From positions 1-39,116 of the IMG/VR virus record IMGVR_UViG_3300021133_000012: a DNA stretch of 39,116 nt; one strand, given 5' to 3'. Positions 9,994 to 19,222 of the stretch are shown piece by piece. Each line of letters opens with the position of its first letter. The stretch's first letter is position 1. Made by a program: the position numbers and the translations under genes. The notes under the pieces were generated by a model, which saw nothing but the letters and a program-made list of their open reading frames with translations, did not search any database and was not told the origin of the DNA. This DNA comes from a virus (lineage: Duplodnaviria > Caudoviricetes).

Positions 9994-11124
9994 ATGAGCA
10001 GAATTAAACTAAGAACACTAATAAATTTGACCGAGCAGGCGCCGCAACCTCCTATGGAAGACCCGGCCGGCCCAGCAGGTTCCCCAGCTATGCCACCACA
10101 AGGAATGAATGCAGGTGGGCCAGACCAAGAGACACCGGAACCGGCTGCTGCTCCTGATACATCACCTGAACCGGAAGACCCAGGAGAATATGATTTCACC
10201 AGAGATTTTAGAGCTTTTGAAGATAAGAAAAATAAGGCCGAATCTGATGCTAAGAAGGTTTTGTTAGAAAAGATGAACAAAAGACTTTTAGGTAAGACTA
10301 TTGTCGCCAATGCATCCCGTGGTTATGGTCAACCAAAGACCGATTATACTATAAAAAGTGTAAAGAAGATTAGCGTGGAATTTTGGTATAAAGATTATGT
10401 AGTTATTGCCTCCGACGAAAATGATAAGAAATATTTCTTGACCCCAGGAATTAATATCAAAATCGAGAGTGAAGGGTCAGAACCGGCTCCAGGCGGTGAG
10501 GAACAACCTCCTACAGTAGGACAAGATGGTCAAGAAGGGCCTCCTGGCTCGACACAACCACCAGCTCAAGATACCGGCGCACAAGAATTACCAAATGCGC
10601 CACAACCTACTGGTGGAGAACCTGCTCCGGAACCACAAGGAGTTCAACCCGACGCAACGGCGCAACCGCCAGCCGCACCGACCGTTCCTAATCAAGAAGT
10701 TCCTGAGAAACCTTCGGCGCCGCCACAAGCGAAACCGAACGTAGCGCCGGAAGTAGACCCTAAAAAGAAAAAGAAGCTTCCACCGGTCGCAGAGTGGATT
10801 CAAGAAGATTTAAGTAAGTTCCTATTGGAATTTATGTCCGACGAAGTAAAAAATAGTCGTGGAAATGTTAATTTTGTTAATTACATACAAGAGACATCGA
10901 AGATGCTAGCTGAGGGAGTAGATGCTACCAAAGTAAAAGTTAAATTATTGATTCCTGAGAGTCACATGGTAAATGTCGATAATAGAGACATTAAATTAGC
11001 CGCCATAAATGCCATGAGACAGAGAACGTATAGCGGTCAATATTCTAAAGGTTCCATTGAAGTAAACAAGACCGGTAGATATTATCTATTGGAATATGTA
11101 AAAGAAATAGGATGGAATAAATAA
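9994..11124 (+). CDS. Pro/Gln/Glu-rich putative prohead core protein
   Basis: Leader MSRIKLRTLINLTE, two long low-complexity P/Q/E/A segments, immediately upstream of the protease. Confidence 0.5.
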   Translation: MSRIKLRTLINLTEQAPQPPMEDPAGPAGSPAMPPQGMNAGGPDQETPEPAAAPDTSPEPEDPGEYDFTRDFRAFEDKKNKAESDAKKVLLEKMNKRLLGKTIVANASRGYGQPKTDYTIKSVKKISVEFWYKDYVVIASDENDKKYFLTPGINIKIESEGSEPAPGGEEQPPTVGQDGQEGPPGSTQPPAQDTGAQELPNAPQPTGGEPAPEPQGVQPDATAQPPAAPTVPNQEVPEKPSAPPQAKPNVAPEVDPKKKKKLPPVAEWIQEDLSKFLLEFMSDEVKNSRGNVNFVNYIQETSKMLAEGVDATKVKVKLLIPESHMVNVDNRDIKLAAINAMRQRTYSGQYSKGSIEVNKTGRYYLLEYVKEIGWNK

Positions 11125-11125
11125 T

Positions 11126-11758
11126 ATGAACCAAAAACAACTATTAGTAGATTGTATAACATTTGAATTCGTCAAGGATAACCTCTTTGAAGAGGCAGTC
11201 CGTGACCAAAATAGACGTTTAATTGTCAAAGGCATTCTACAACGTGCGAAAGTTAAAAATCAAAATGGTAGAGTATATCCAAAAGACACTCTCTTCCGTG
11301 AGTCTAAAAAATATGAAGAAAATTTCATAAAAGAACGACGTGCGTTAGGTGAGTTAGACCATCCAGAATCATCCGTGGTAAACTTACAAAACGTATCTCA
11401 TAACGTAGTTGAGATGCATTGGGAAGGTGACGATTTGATTGGAACTGTGGAAGTTCTTCCTACCCCAAATGGAAATATTTTAAAAGAACTATTCAAGGCT
11501 AATATTAGACTTGGTATTTCAAGTCGTGGACTTGGAACGGTGAACAAGAGTATGAATGAAGAAGCCGACATCGTTCAAGATGATTTTGAATTAATAGCAT
11601 TCGACTTCGTTTCAAATCCTAGTACAAGAGGAGCATTCATGTTTCCTTCTGGAAATCTCCAAGAAGGCGTAAATCGAAATGTCGTACAGAACCCAATAAA
11701 TCATAAATGGGAACGTGTAGAAGACATCGTAAGAGATATTCTAACTGAAATCGGTTGA
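11126..11758 (+). CDS. Prohead core protease (T4 gp21-like)
   Basis: NQNGRVYP, ALGELDHP, VSH (catalytic His), LGISSRGLG (catalytic Ser) and FDFVSNPS motifs. Confidence 0.95.
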   Translation: MNQKQLLVDCITFEFVKDNLFEEAVRDQNRRLIVKGILQRAKVKNQNGRVYPKDTLFRESKKYEENFIKERRALGELDHPESSVVNLQNVSHNVVEMHWEGDDLIGTVEVLPTPNGNILKELFKANIRLGISSRGLGTVNKSMNEEADIVQDDFELIAFDFVSNPSTRGAFMFPSGNLQEGVNRNVVQNPINHKWERVEDIVRDILTEIG

Positions 11759-11765
11759 TTCATAT

Positions 11766-12698
11766 ATGAAATTGTCACATCTAAAATTATTAATTAAGAA
11801 AATCATCAATGAATCTGTTAAGATTCAGAAGAAACTTAATGAGAACATTTCACCAAAAACCCAAGAAAAAATTGGAAATTTGTTGAGAGAACTTGGTAGT
11901 AGAGGCGCCGCATACAAACTCGTAAACATCATAGTAACGAATAAACTTGGTATTGGATTGGAAGATTTGCCTGATACTGCTACTTTGGCTCATGGATGCG
12001 ATGAAATCGAAGAGGCATTGAAAATCGGAGATTTTGAAAATGCTTTGAAACTTGCGGCTACTACAGCTAAGAATTTAGTTGATGAAGAAGGCGGCGAAGG
12101 TTTGATGGAAGGCGATGAAGCAGATGCTGCATGTGATATGGATGCCGATGATGAAGCTGACCATTATCACAAACATTATGGTTCTACACCGAACCAGAAA
12201 TCAAAACAGAAATCGACCAAATTTTTTGGTAAAACCCCAAAACCAAAACAAACCGATGTAAGGGATATGGATTGGTCTAGAATAAAACAGGGAATCGATA
12301 GAGGTACTTTAAAGGAAACTGATGGGAATGTATCAAATCCAATCGACGGACAATCCAACAACGTCGCCGCTGGAAAGGTGAACAAGATTCTATCTGACTT
12401 ATCGAAGGGTATGTTTTCGGACAATAGTTGGGAAGCTATAAATAGAATTTTTGAAAAATTACGTTCTACTGGATTAGATGTTACTATATTGAACGCCAAA
12501 TACGGAGGACACGCAGATACATCGAACGGAATGCCTAAATATAAAGAATGGCAAATCTCCATACCATTTACTAATAAAGTAGGAAAACCTATGGAATTAG
12601 TCGGTCAGATTACCGCTCATGGAGCGGGTTCTATAGAACAACCACTGGACAGATACGATATAACCGCTTACGTTTCAGCTATACCTAAAAGAAAATAA
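11766..12698 (+). CDS. Putative internal head (poly)protein
   Basis: Leader MKLSHLKLLIKKIINE; internal LNE, LME and LKE sites separate distinct segments. Confidence 0.5.
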   Translation: MKLSHLKLLIKKIINESVKIQKKLNENISPKTQEKIGNLLRELGSRGAAYKLVNIIVTNKLGIGLEDLPDTATLAHGCDEIEEALKIGDFENALKLAATTAKNLVDEEGGEGLMEGDEADAACDMDADDEADHYHKHYGSTPNQKSKQKSTKFFGKTPKPKQTDVRDMDWSRIKQGIDRGTLKETDGNVSNPIDGQSNNVAAGKVNKILSDLSKGMFSDNSWEAINRIFEKLRSTGLDVTILNAKYGGHADTSNGMPKYKEWQISIPFTNKVGKPMELVGQITAHGAGSIEQPLDRYDITAYVSAIPKRK

Positions 12699-12699
12699 T

Positions 12700-13260
12700 A
12701 TGAAGAAATTATTCGAAAATGTTAACGGCAACCAATTCAAATTAGTAAAAGAATCGGATTGGAAGACCACACAAGAACATAATGGAAACATTAATACCAG
12801 CCGCAGAATGTTGAAAGCTCAGGCTGAATATATCAACGCCGCCGCAAAATCGCCTAACGCGGATGACGAAGTGAAGACGGTTTCTACGCAAGCGTTAACT
12901 GATATAAAGACGATGGATTCTATAATTACTAAAGGATATCTAAGTAGTGGGTATCAATACGATGATAATGACTCAAGAAATCAGGCAGATTTACATGGTG
13001 ATAGAATGCAAGATGAAAATCCAGCCAGAACAGGTTCTTCAAAAGAAGACCAAATCGAAGCTGAGATTAGAAATGCTATAAGCCGTAGACATTTAGATGA
13101 CCACATGAAACGATACTCCCAGTTTTTCTCAAGAGAATTGGCAAATGTATTGTGGCCTAATCAAGGCGACCAATTCCACGACCAGTCAATGGATGAATAT
13201 TTGAGTGATGTGGCATATCATGAACATGATACTCAAGGCGATGACGACCACAGAGACTAA
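12700..13260 (+). CDS. Hypothetical acidic protein, putative internal head protein
   Basis: Leader MKKLFE...FKLVKE; last gene before the sigma70-driven block. Confidence 0.45.
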   Translation: MKKLFENVNGNQFKLVKESDWKTTQEHNGNINTSRRMLKAQAEYINAAAKSPNADDEVKTVSTQALTDIKTMDSIITKGYLSSGYQYDDNDSRNQADLHGDRMQDENPARTGSSKEDQIEAEIRNAISRRHLDDHMKRYSQFFSRELANVLWPNQGDQFHDQSMDEYLSDVAYHEHDTQGDDDHRD

Positions 13261-13273
13261 ATAATATAAAAAC

Positions 13274-13302
13274 TTGAAAATCGTTCATATCAGTGATATA
13301 AT
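13274..13302 (+). promoter_or_regulatory. Sigma70-type promoter TTGAAA-N17-TATAAT
   Basis: Near-consensus boxes; ATG only 8 nt after the -10 box, no SD. Confidence 0.8.
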
Positions 13303-13310
13303 TCGCTGTT

Positions 13311-14288
13311 ATGAACGATTTTTTATTATCTTACGATACGGTTACATTATTTCCAAATCTCTCTTCTTTACCAAGTAGGAGTAATGGTGATACCACAACT
13401 ACATTATGTGGATATAAATTTAAGATGCCTGTGGTTCCGGCTAACATGCAAGATGTCATAAGCCCTTCAATCGCTAAGTTTTTATCCGAGAATGGTTATT
13501 TTTATATCTATCACAGATTCGGTAAATCCTATCATGAAGAATTGGGATTAAACACACTCGATTTTGTTAAGAACGCAAATACAGAAAACTGGAAATTGAT
13601 TAGCATATCGACCGGCGTTAATGATGAGTCGATTAAAGAATTGACTACCATTAAAGAACGAGGGTGGAGAGTTGATTTCATTACGATTGATGTTGCCCAT
13701 GCCCACCATGAAAATGTCAAGCCAATTATCTATTATATTAAATCAAATTTTCCAAATACGAAATTGATAGCCGGCAATGTAGCTACCACTGATGGAGTTT
13801 TTCATTTAGTAAAGTTGAGAGTAAATGCTATAAAAGTAGGAATTGGAGGTGGTTCAATATGTACTACACGTTATATGACCGGATTCCACATTCCAACCCT
13901 GCAGTCTATTAAATATGCCTTCGATACGGTCGGAGATTCTATACCAATCATAGCGGATGGTGGGGCAAAACACTATGGCGACGTCGCCAAAGCCCTCACA
14001 TTCGGCGCCACGATGGTTATGAGTGGTGGTTGGTTCGCGTCTTGTATCGATTCTCCGGCTAAAATAATCGATGGTATGAAAGTTTATCGTGGGTCGACCT
14101 CTTACGAACTCAAAGGACATAAGAAAAATATAGAAGGCCGGGCAGTCGAATTAGTCGAAGGCATAACATGTGAACAGAGACTTGAGGAAATCAAAGATTC
14201 CTTACAATCCGCAATTTCCTATGCCGGCGGAACTGACCTAACATCCTTCAAATCAGTGGAATGGGGTAGAATTTTACCTTTTCATTGA
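13311..14288 (+). CDS. guaC: GMP reductase (IMPDH/GMPR family)
   Basis: PVVPANM, ITIDVAHAH, IAGNVAT, catalytic loop KVGIGGGSICTTR, IIADGG and LQSAISYAGG; 325 aa without CBS domains. Confidence 0.88.
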   Translation: MNDFLLSYDTVTLFPNLSSLPSRSNGDTTTTLCGYKFKMPVVPANMQDVISPSIAKFLSENGYFYIYHRFGKSYHEELGLNTLDFVKNANTENWKLISISTGVNDESIKELTTIKERGWRVDFITIDVAHAHHENVKPIIYYIKSNFPNTKLIAGNVATTDGVFHLVKLRVNAIKVGIGGGSICTTRYMTGFHIPTLQSIKYAFDTVGDSIPIIADGGAKHYGDVAKALTFGATMVMSGGWFASCIDSPAKIIDGMKVYRGSTSYELKGHKKNIEGRAVELVEGITCEQRLEEIKDSLQSAISYAGGTDLTSFKSVEWGRILPFH

Positions 14289-14313
14289 CATTAATCGGAT
14301 ATTGTAGTATAGT
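14285..14313 (+). promoter_or_regulatory. Sigma70-type promoter TTGACA-N17-TATAGT
   Basis: Perfect -35 overlapping the guaC stop codon; 27 nt to ATG 14341. Confidence 0.75.
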
Positions 14314-14340
14314 GGTAGTGTAATAAACAAATATAAAAAT

Positions 14341-14817
14341 ATGAAAATTGATATTGAAAAAATTGAAACCGCAATGAGTGAGAATGGTATTGATGAAGAA
14401 GTGATTGCCGCTGTAATCACTCAATTAAAATCAGAGATGGCTGAGGAAGAACTTCAACCGGAAGTTGAGGAAGAATCCCCTACCAACGAAGATTTAACTG
14501 ATAATTCTGAGGATTTGCCTAAGGTCAAATATGAATACGTCATCGTTTTGAATGACAAGGAAGGATATTTGAAAGACAAGGAAATTGCCGGATGGGTTGT
14601 CCAACAAGAAGAAAATGCCGATGCAGGTCTGATTGTTTCGAGGATTTCCGACGCGGTTAAAGACCAAAACGCTGGTGCTAAGAGAAAGAAGCATTCAATG
14701 ACAAATTTGACAGAAGCGTTTGAATCATTGAAATCTAAATGGTTAACTCCAAAAAAACTGAAAATAAAAACGAAGGATTTGACCCGTTGTATTATCAGCG
14801 ATGGAAAATTACATTAA
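14341..14817 (+). CDS. Hypothetical protein, acidic N-terminus and basic C-terminus
   Basis: 158 aa ORF behind its own promoter. Confidence 0.65.
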   Translation: MKIDIEKIETAMSENGIDEEVIAAVITQLKSEMAEEELQPEVEEESPTNEDLTDNSEDLPKVKYEYVIVLNDKEGYLKDKEIAGWVVQQEENADAGLIVSRISDAVKDQNAGAKRKKHSMTNLTEAFESLKSKWLTPKKLKIKTKDLTRCIISDGKLH

Positions 14818-15025
14818 AATTATGTTTATTAAATTACATTTTAAAAAATTTGAAACTCCAACCCAAAAATGGGCAGATATCAGCATAAATGTTAATGAAA
14901 TAAAATATTATTGGCAATATGCCGATGAGATGTCTTGTGTTATTTTGTTCAAAGATAATAGTCAATTGAAAGTTAAAGAAACATTCGACGAAATTGAAAA
15001 GAAATTGAACGATTGTAAAGTATGA
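14801..15025 (+). CDS. Small hypothetical protein
   Basis: 74 aa, overlaps neighbours in operon fashion; ends LKVKETFDEIEKKL. Confidence 0.55.
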   Translation: MENYIKIMFIKLHFKKFETPTQKWADISINVNEIKYYWQYADEMSCVILFKDNSQLKVKETFDEIEKKLNDCKV

Positions 15026-15543
15026 AAAAGACGGACAGACTTCGTAAAGAAGCAGAATTAACCTTGTCTAAGATAAGAAGTATTACTAGACATATAAGAA
15101 ATGTCGAAGATAATTGTCTTATTTTAGGCGAGAAGTTAATTTTGCAGGGTAGAACCGACCTCGGTAAACAACTCATCGCAAATGGATTTATTCACGATGC
15201 TAGTAAGTTTACAGGGATTGAATTCGAATATCTGTCTTTGTACAATCCAACCGAAGAGAGTAATAAATTAAAATTGAAGTTGGCGATTCATCACCATAAT
15301 ACTACCAATTTACATCACCCGGAATCATGGAACGGTGGAATTAAAGAAATGCCGTCAGTATATTTGGCCGAATTTTGTTGTGACGTAAAGGCTCGTTCAG
15401 AAGAGTTTGGTACGGATTTGAGAACGTGGATAAATGACTACGCCACAAAAAAGTTTGGATTTAATGATTCCGATGACGTTTATAAAGAGATAATGATGTT
15501 TGTAAATCTTTTATGTGAGAAACCGTTTGAACAAATTAAATGA
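15022..15543 (+). CDS. HD-like metal-binding protein (DUF5662-like)
   Basis: RHIRNV, IHDASKF, HHHNTTNLHHPESW and MP...EFCCD pattern. Confidence 0.7.
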   Translation: MKKTDRLRKEAELTLSKIRSITRHIRNVEDNCLILGEKLILQGRTDLGKQLIANGFIHDASKFTGIEFEYLSLYNPTEESNKLKLKLAIHHHNTTNLHHPESWNGGIKEMPSVYLAEFCCDVKARSEEFGTDLRTWINDYATKKFGFNDSDDVYKEIMMFVNLLCEKPFEQIK

Positions 15544-15553
15544 TGACGAACGC

Positions 15554-15581
15554 TTGACATTTATAAAATCTCCTATAGAAT
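15554..15581 (+). promoter_or_regulatory. Sigma70-type promoter TTGACA-N16-TAGAAT
   Basis: Intergenic; ATG 9 nt after the -10 box, no SD. Confidence 0.7.
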
Positions 15582-15590
15582 CTTACTATT

Positions 15591-16709
15591 ATGAAATGGC
15601 TAGTCCCAAATACAATTTATGTGACCTTACACGGTTCACAGGCTTACGGTTTGAACAATGAACTGTCTGACGTGGATGTTAAGGGCATCGTCATCCCCCC
15701 AAGGGACGTCGAGAACAACCTTTTTCACAAATTTGAACAGGCGATTGATAACAAGGAACTTGAGACATCTTTAGAATATTTAAAGAATCCCAAGAATCCG
15801 AAGTTTGAGTCTTCTCTTTATTCTTTGAAGAAGTTCATGGTCTTGGCGGCCAACGTCAATCCAAACATCATCGAAGTATTATGGACGGACCCAGCCGACC
15901 ATTTCGTGTTCAAGAGTCCTATGGAAGCTTTGATGGAAAATAGAGATTTATTTCTATCTTCTAAGGCAAAGTTTACATTTTCAGGATACGCATGGGCACA
16001 ATTACATAAAATAGAAAGACATAGAAAATGGATTGTGAAGGGAGAATTACAAGAACCAAAACGAGAAGATTTTGGTCTTCCTCCTCATACACCACCACAA
16101 ATACAAGAAGCGTTTGGATTAATAAAATCAGAAGTTGAACGTTGGAATTTAACTCAATATCCGTTAGATGAAATGCAACGGGACGATTTAAAATCTACAA
16201 TATGGGAACTAATATACACTCTTTCAAATCTTGAAATAAATGAAGGCAATTGGCCATCTATTTATGGAGATGGAGTTGTTGAACGATTGGCAACTGAATA
16301 CAATTTAAAAGATGAAGTAGTAGATATAATTAATCGTGAACGGCAATTTAAAAAAGAAACTGAATCATATAAATCTTGGCTTAACTGGAAAAAGAACCGT
16401 AATCCAGCCAGACACGAACTTGAAGTCAAGTATCAATACGATTGCAAACACGGTTCTCACTTAGTCCGTCTGCTTAGAATGGGATTAGAAATTTTGAATG
16501 ACCATAAAGTTATTGTAAAAAGGCCCGATGCGGAAGAGATTCTTCATATTAAAAATGGAGGATGGTCATATGATAAATTGATGGAATATGCAACCGAATT
16601 TCAATCTAAATTAGACACCGCATACAAAACAACTACGTTACCAAAATCTGTAGATTATGAGAAAATTAACGAACTATATCATAGTTTGTATGAGAATTAT
16701 CACAAATAA
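15591..16709 (+). CDS. Pol-beta superfamily nucleotidyltransferase (RlaP/YcgL-like)
   Basis: HGSQAYG...SDVDVKGI (GS plus DxD), NPNIIEVLW, FSGYA and YDCKHGSHLVRLL. Confidence 0.85.
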   Translation: MKWLVPNTIYVTLHGSQAYGLNNELSDVDVKGIVIPPRDVENNLFHKFEQAIDNKELETSLEYLKNPKNPKFESSLYSLKKFMVLAANVNPNIIEVLWTDPADHFVFKSPMEALMENRDLFLSSKAKFTFSGYAWAQLHKIERHRKWIVKGELQEPKREDFGLPPHTPPQIQEAFGLIKSEVERWNLTQYPLDEMQRDDLKSTIWELIYTLSNLEINEGNWPSIYGDGVVERLATEYNLKDEVVDIINRERQFKKETESYKSWLNWKKNRNPARHELEVKYQYDCKHGSHLVRLLRMGLEILNDHKVIVKRPDAEEILHIKNGGWSYDKLMEYATEFQSKLDTAYKTTTLPKSVDYEKINELYHSLYENYHK

Positions 16710-16710
16710 T

Positions 16711-16854
16711 ATGAACAAATTTATTTCAGAAAAATTCCAATCATCGAAAGAAATTCATGAAGAAATAAAATCCATTAAACGGGCAGCCAAAAAGATTTTA
16801 AAGTCTAAGAAGAAATGTAAAGAATTTATTAATAAAATTCATAAAACATTTTGA
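16711..16854 (+). CDS. Small basic hypothetical protein
   Basis: In-frame ATG 1 nt after the previous stop; Lys-rich, 47 aa. Confidence 0.35.
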   Translation: MNKFISEKFQSSKEIHEEIKSIKRAAKKILKSKKKCKEFINKIHKTF

Positions 16855-16874
16855 CGTTTTATATTTTGACGCCA

Positions 16875-16882
16875 TATTTATA
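16875..16882 (+). promoter_or_regulatory. Putative late promoter motif TATTTATA for endonuclease gene
   Basis: 4 nt before in-frame ATG 16887; TTGACG lies 18 nt upstream. Confidence 0.5.
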
Positions 16883-16886
16883 TGGT

Positions 16887-17789
16887 ATGAAAGATATGAC
16901 ATTATGGGAAGAAAGAAACTCCACAGAACCGAAGACGAAATCAGAGAACAGACCAACATTCGTTCAAAACGTTGGTATCAACGAAACAAAAAACGAATTT
17001 GTAAAGAAAACATGCGAAAATACTGGGAACAAAAAGATTTGGAAAAGAAATTGTCCTAAATGTGGAACCGAACATCAATATTCTACAAAACGTTCTTATG
17101 ATAAATCCACAAAACTTAATTCCGTTTGTAAAAAGTGTTATACTAAAGTTTTGGGTCTTAAAGCCCATTTGAGAAAAAATAATGGTCCGTATATTAAAAA
17201 CTGTCCTAAATGCGGTAAAATTCAAGAATATTCTTCTTTAAAATATTTGACTGATTGTTTAAGAAATAAAACTATTTGTGGAAGTTGTGTTGCTAAAAAT
17301 AGAACATTTTCAGATGAAACAAGAAAAAAATTAAGCGAATCTGGAAAAACAAAAATCTTCTCAGAAACGCATAGATTAAATTTATCCAAAAGTCAGTTAG
17401 GAGTTAAAAGTTGTCATTATGGAAAGAAACTTTCAGAAGAACATAAAAGAAAAATAAGAATTTCTTTATTAGAAAGACTTAAACGATTGGGTATAGGAAC
17501 AAAAGTTGATGAAGGCTCAAGAGAATGGTTTGAAAAATATAATAAAGAACACAATACAAATTATAAACCCCGTAGATTTTTAAATGTTGGTTATGACGCC
17601 GATGGATATGATGAAAATTTGCATTCGTGGATTGAATATGACAGTTTGTATCACAAATATCACTCACAACAAAAAGAAGACTTAATAAGACAAAATAATA
17701 TTATAAAATATTATGAATCTATTGGAAATCCATTAAAAGAATTTTTAAGATTTATAGTTTGGACGGGAGAATTAAAACGTATTATATAA
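16887..17789 (+). CDS. Putative homing endonuclease (Zn ribbons, NUMOD3-like repeats, Vsr/PD-(D/E)XK-like nuclease)
   Basis: Two CPKCG...CxxC units, FSDETRKKLSES/LSEEHKRKI repeats and C-terminal YDADGYD...WIEYDSLYH. Start moved from TTG 16851 to ATG 16887. Confidence 0.75.
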   Translation: MKDMTLWEERNSTEPKTKSENRPTFVQNVGINETKNEFVKKTCENTGNKKIWKRNCPKCGTEHQYSTKRSYDKSTKLNSVCKKCYTKVLGLKAHLRKNNGPYIKNCPKCGKIQEYSSLKYLTDCLRNKTICGSCVAKNRTFSDETRKKLSESGKTKIFSETHRLNLSKSQLGVKSCHYGKKLSEEHKRKIRISLLERLKRLGIGTKVDEGSREWFEKYNKEHNTNYKPRRFLNVGYDADGYDENLHSWIEYDSLYHKYHSQQKEDLIRQNNIIKYYESIGNPLKEFLRFIVWTGELKRII

Positions 17790-17790
17790 A

Positions 17791-18126
17791 ATGACTAATA
17801 AAGAGTTAATAACTAATTGGAGAAATTTGGGAATTAAATTTAAATCGTCCGAAGAAATAAAAAGTTTAAACGAATTATTTTTGATATGTGTCGGAGAAAG
17901 TGAAATTGATGTTGGTGGAAAGAAAGAATTGGTCGTGGCCTTTTTTCAAGGTTATGACGATAAAGGAAGTCCTGCGGTCTTCTTTACATCCGACGACAAA
18001 GATAGATGTTGGACATTCGCCCATTTGAATGGCATTCACATCAAGAGTAATATCGGTTCCTTCATAACAGAAATGCCAGAACGGAATAAGAAGCGAAATA
18101 AAAAGAAAACAAAGAACACCTTATAA
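17791..18126 (+). CDS. Hypothetical protein
   Basis: 111 aa ORF tightly packed between neighbours. Confidence 0.55.
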   Translation: MTNKELITNWRNLGIKFKSSEEIKSLNELFLICVGESEIDVGGKKELVVAFFQGYDDKGSPAVFFTSDDKDRCWTFAHLNGIHIKSNIGSFITEMPERNKKRNKKKTKNTL

Positions 18127-18558
18127 ATGTTAACAGCTACAAATATATCCTGTGTGGAAGCAGAAACAATACATACACTTCCTAATAATACGGTTCTTAT
18201 TTCCATAAATAATGAACACGAAGAATTGCATAGATTAAATCTTGATAGAAATAATACCAAGGATATTTTAACCTTACAATTCTCAGATATCACCGCTAAA
18301 CAATTTGATAGTTACGATGGAAGAGCCTATAATCCGTTATCAGTTGAATTGGCTTTAAAAATTCTAAATTTCATAAATATCAATAAGGATAAAAATTTTA
18401 TAATCCATTGTTCTGCTGGTATAAGTCGTAGTTCGGCTGTGGCTTTGTACATCCATATATTTCATGGACATGAATTGAAATCCGAATTTTGGAATCTCTG
18501 TTATCCTAATAGTTACGTCATTGGGCAATTAGTAGTCGTCAAAAATAAATACAAGTGA
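18127..18558 (+). CDS. Cys-based (PTP/dual-specificity-like) phosphatase
   Basis: IHCSAGISRSSAVA CX5R loop, LQFSD acid loop and YPN motif. Confidence 0.85.
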   Translation: MLTATNISCVEAETIHTLPNNTVLISINNEHEELHRLNLDRNNTKDILTLQFSDITAKQFDSYDGRAYNPLSVELALKILNFININKDKNFIIHCSAGISRSSAVALYIHIFHGHELKSEFWNLCYPNSYVIGQLVVVKNKYK

Positions 18559-18575
18559 GAAATAAAAAAAGGAAG

Positions 18576-18603
18576 TTGCCAGTGGTAGACGATGATGTAT
18601 AAT
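18576..18603 (+). promoter_or_regulatory. Sigma70-type promoter TTGCCA-N16-TATAAT
   Basis: Perfect -10; ATG 18610 lies 6 nt downstream. Confidence 0.7.
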
Positions 18604-18609
18604 AACGTC

Positions 18610-19182
18610 ATGCAAACATTTTTACCATTCGCCAGTTTCGTTCAATCTCTAAAAGTCCTCGACGGGTCACGACTGCGTAAACAACAAACCGAAGCAGAAC
18701 AAATCCTAAAAGTCCTCAATAATCCGACGGCAAAAGGTTGGGCAAACCACCCAGCGGTATTACAGTGGAAAGGTTATGAAAAGGCATTGGAACTTTACAT
18801 CTACTGTAGTTCGGAGGAATGTAAAATCCGTGGATTCAAAGGTAGGGCAACCACATATCCTGCGCTTCTCGTTTTGCCGTCTTGGCTTGGTAAGGAAGAA
18901 ATTCATTCGAGTCATCGTTCTAGACTTTTATTTAAAGGCCGTGTTGACGCCGCTGCAATAACCTTAAAGTCCCATCTTAAAGTCAGAAGTATAAATACGT
19001 GGTTAGTTGAAAATGGATTTCCGGTTAAAAATGTATTCAAATCAGAAGACATACTTCGATTGGAATGTATTATAAAATCCGAGGGGTTGGAACTTCAAAA
19101 AAATTATTATGCCCAATTCAATTGGTCTGAACCTGATAATATTCCTTATGTTTGGCCTGTGAAAAAAGAAAACGGCCAGTAA
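18610..19182 (+). CDS. Pyrimidine-dimer DNA glycosylase/endonuclease V-like protein (MSMEG_6728-like)
   Basis: Family-typical start MQTFLP, then LD..RL.KQ..EA.QI, GWANHPAVLQWKG, SHRSRLL and YVWP. Confidence 0.78.
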   Translation: MQTFLPFASFVQSLKVLDGSRLRKQQTEAEQILKVLNNPTAKGWANHPAVLQWKGYEKALELYIYCSSEECKIRGFKGRATTYPALLVLPSWLGKEEIHSSHRSRLLFKGRVDAAAITLKSHLKVRSINTWLVENGFPVKNVFKSEDILRLECIIKSEGLELQKNYYAQFNWSEPDNIPYVWPVKKENGQ

Positions 19183-19196
19183 TTAAACTGACCGTT
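19161..19196 (-). terminator. Intrinsic terminator between convergent operons
   Basis: Stem AACGGCCAGT (19171-19180) / ACTGACCGTT (19187-19196) pairs fully (one G-U) on the minus-strand RNA and is followed there by a U-tract. Confidence 0.75.
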
Positions 19197-19222
19197 CTCC
19201 CCATTCCGAACAAATTGTAATA

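Noticed and set aside
9762-10310. 182 aa antisense ORF, and similar shadow ORFs at 23865..24281, 12176..12562 and 20794..21108
   Set aside because: They lie opposite well-supported genes, mostly in low-complexity or higher-GC stretches that lack stops by chance, and have no start signals.
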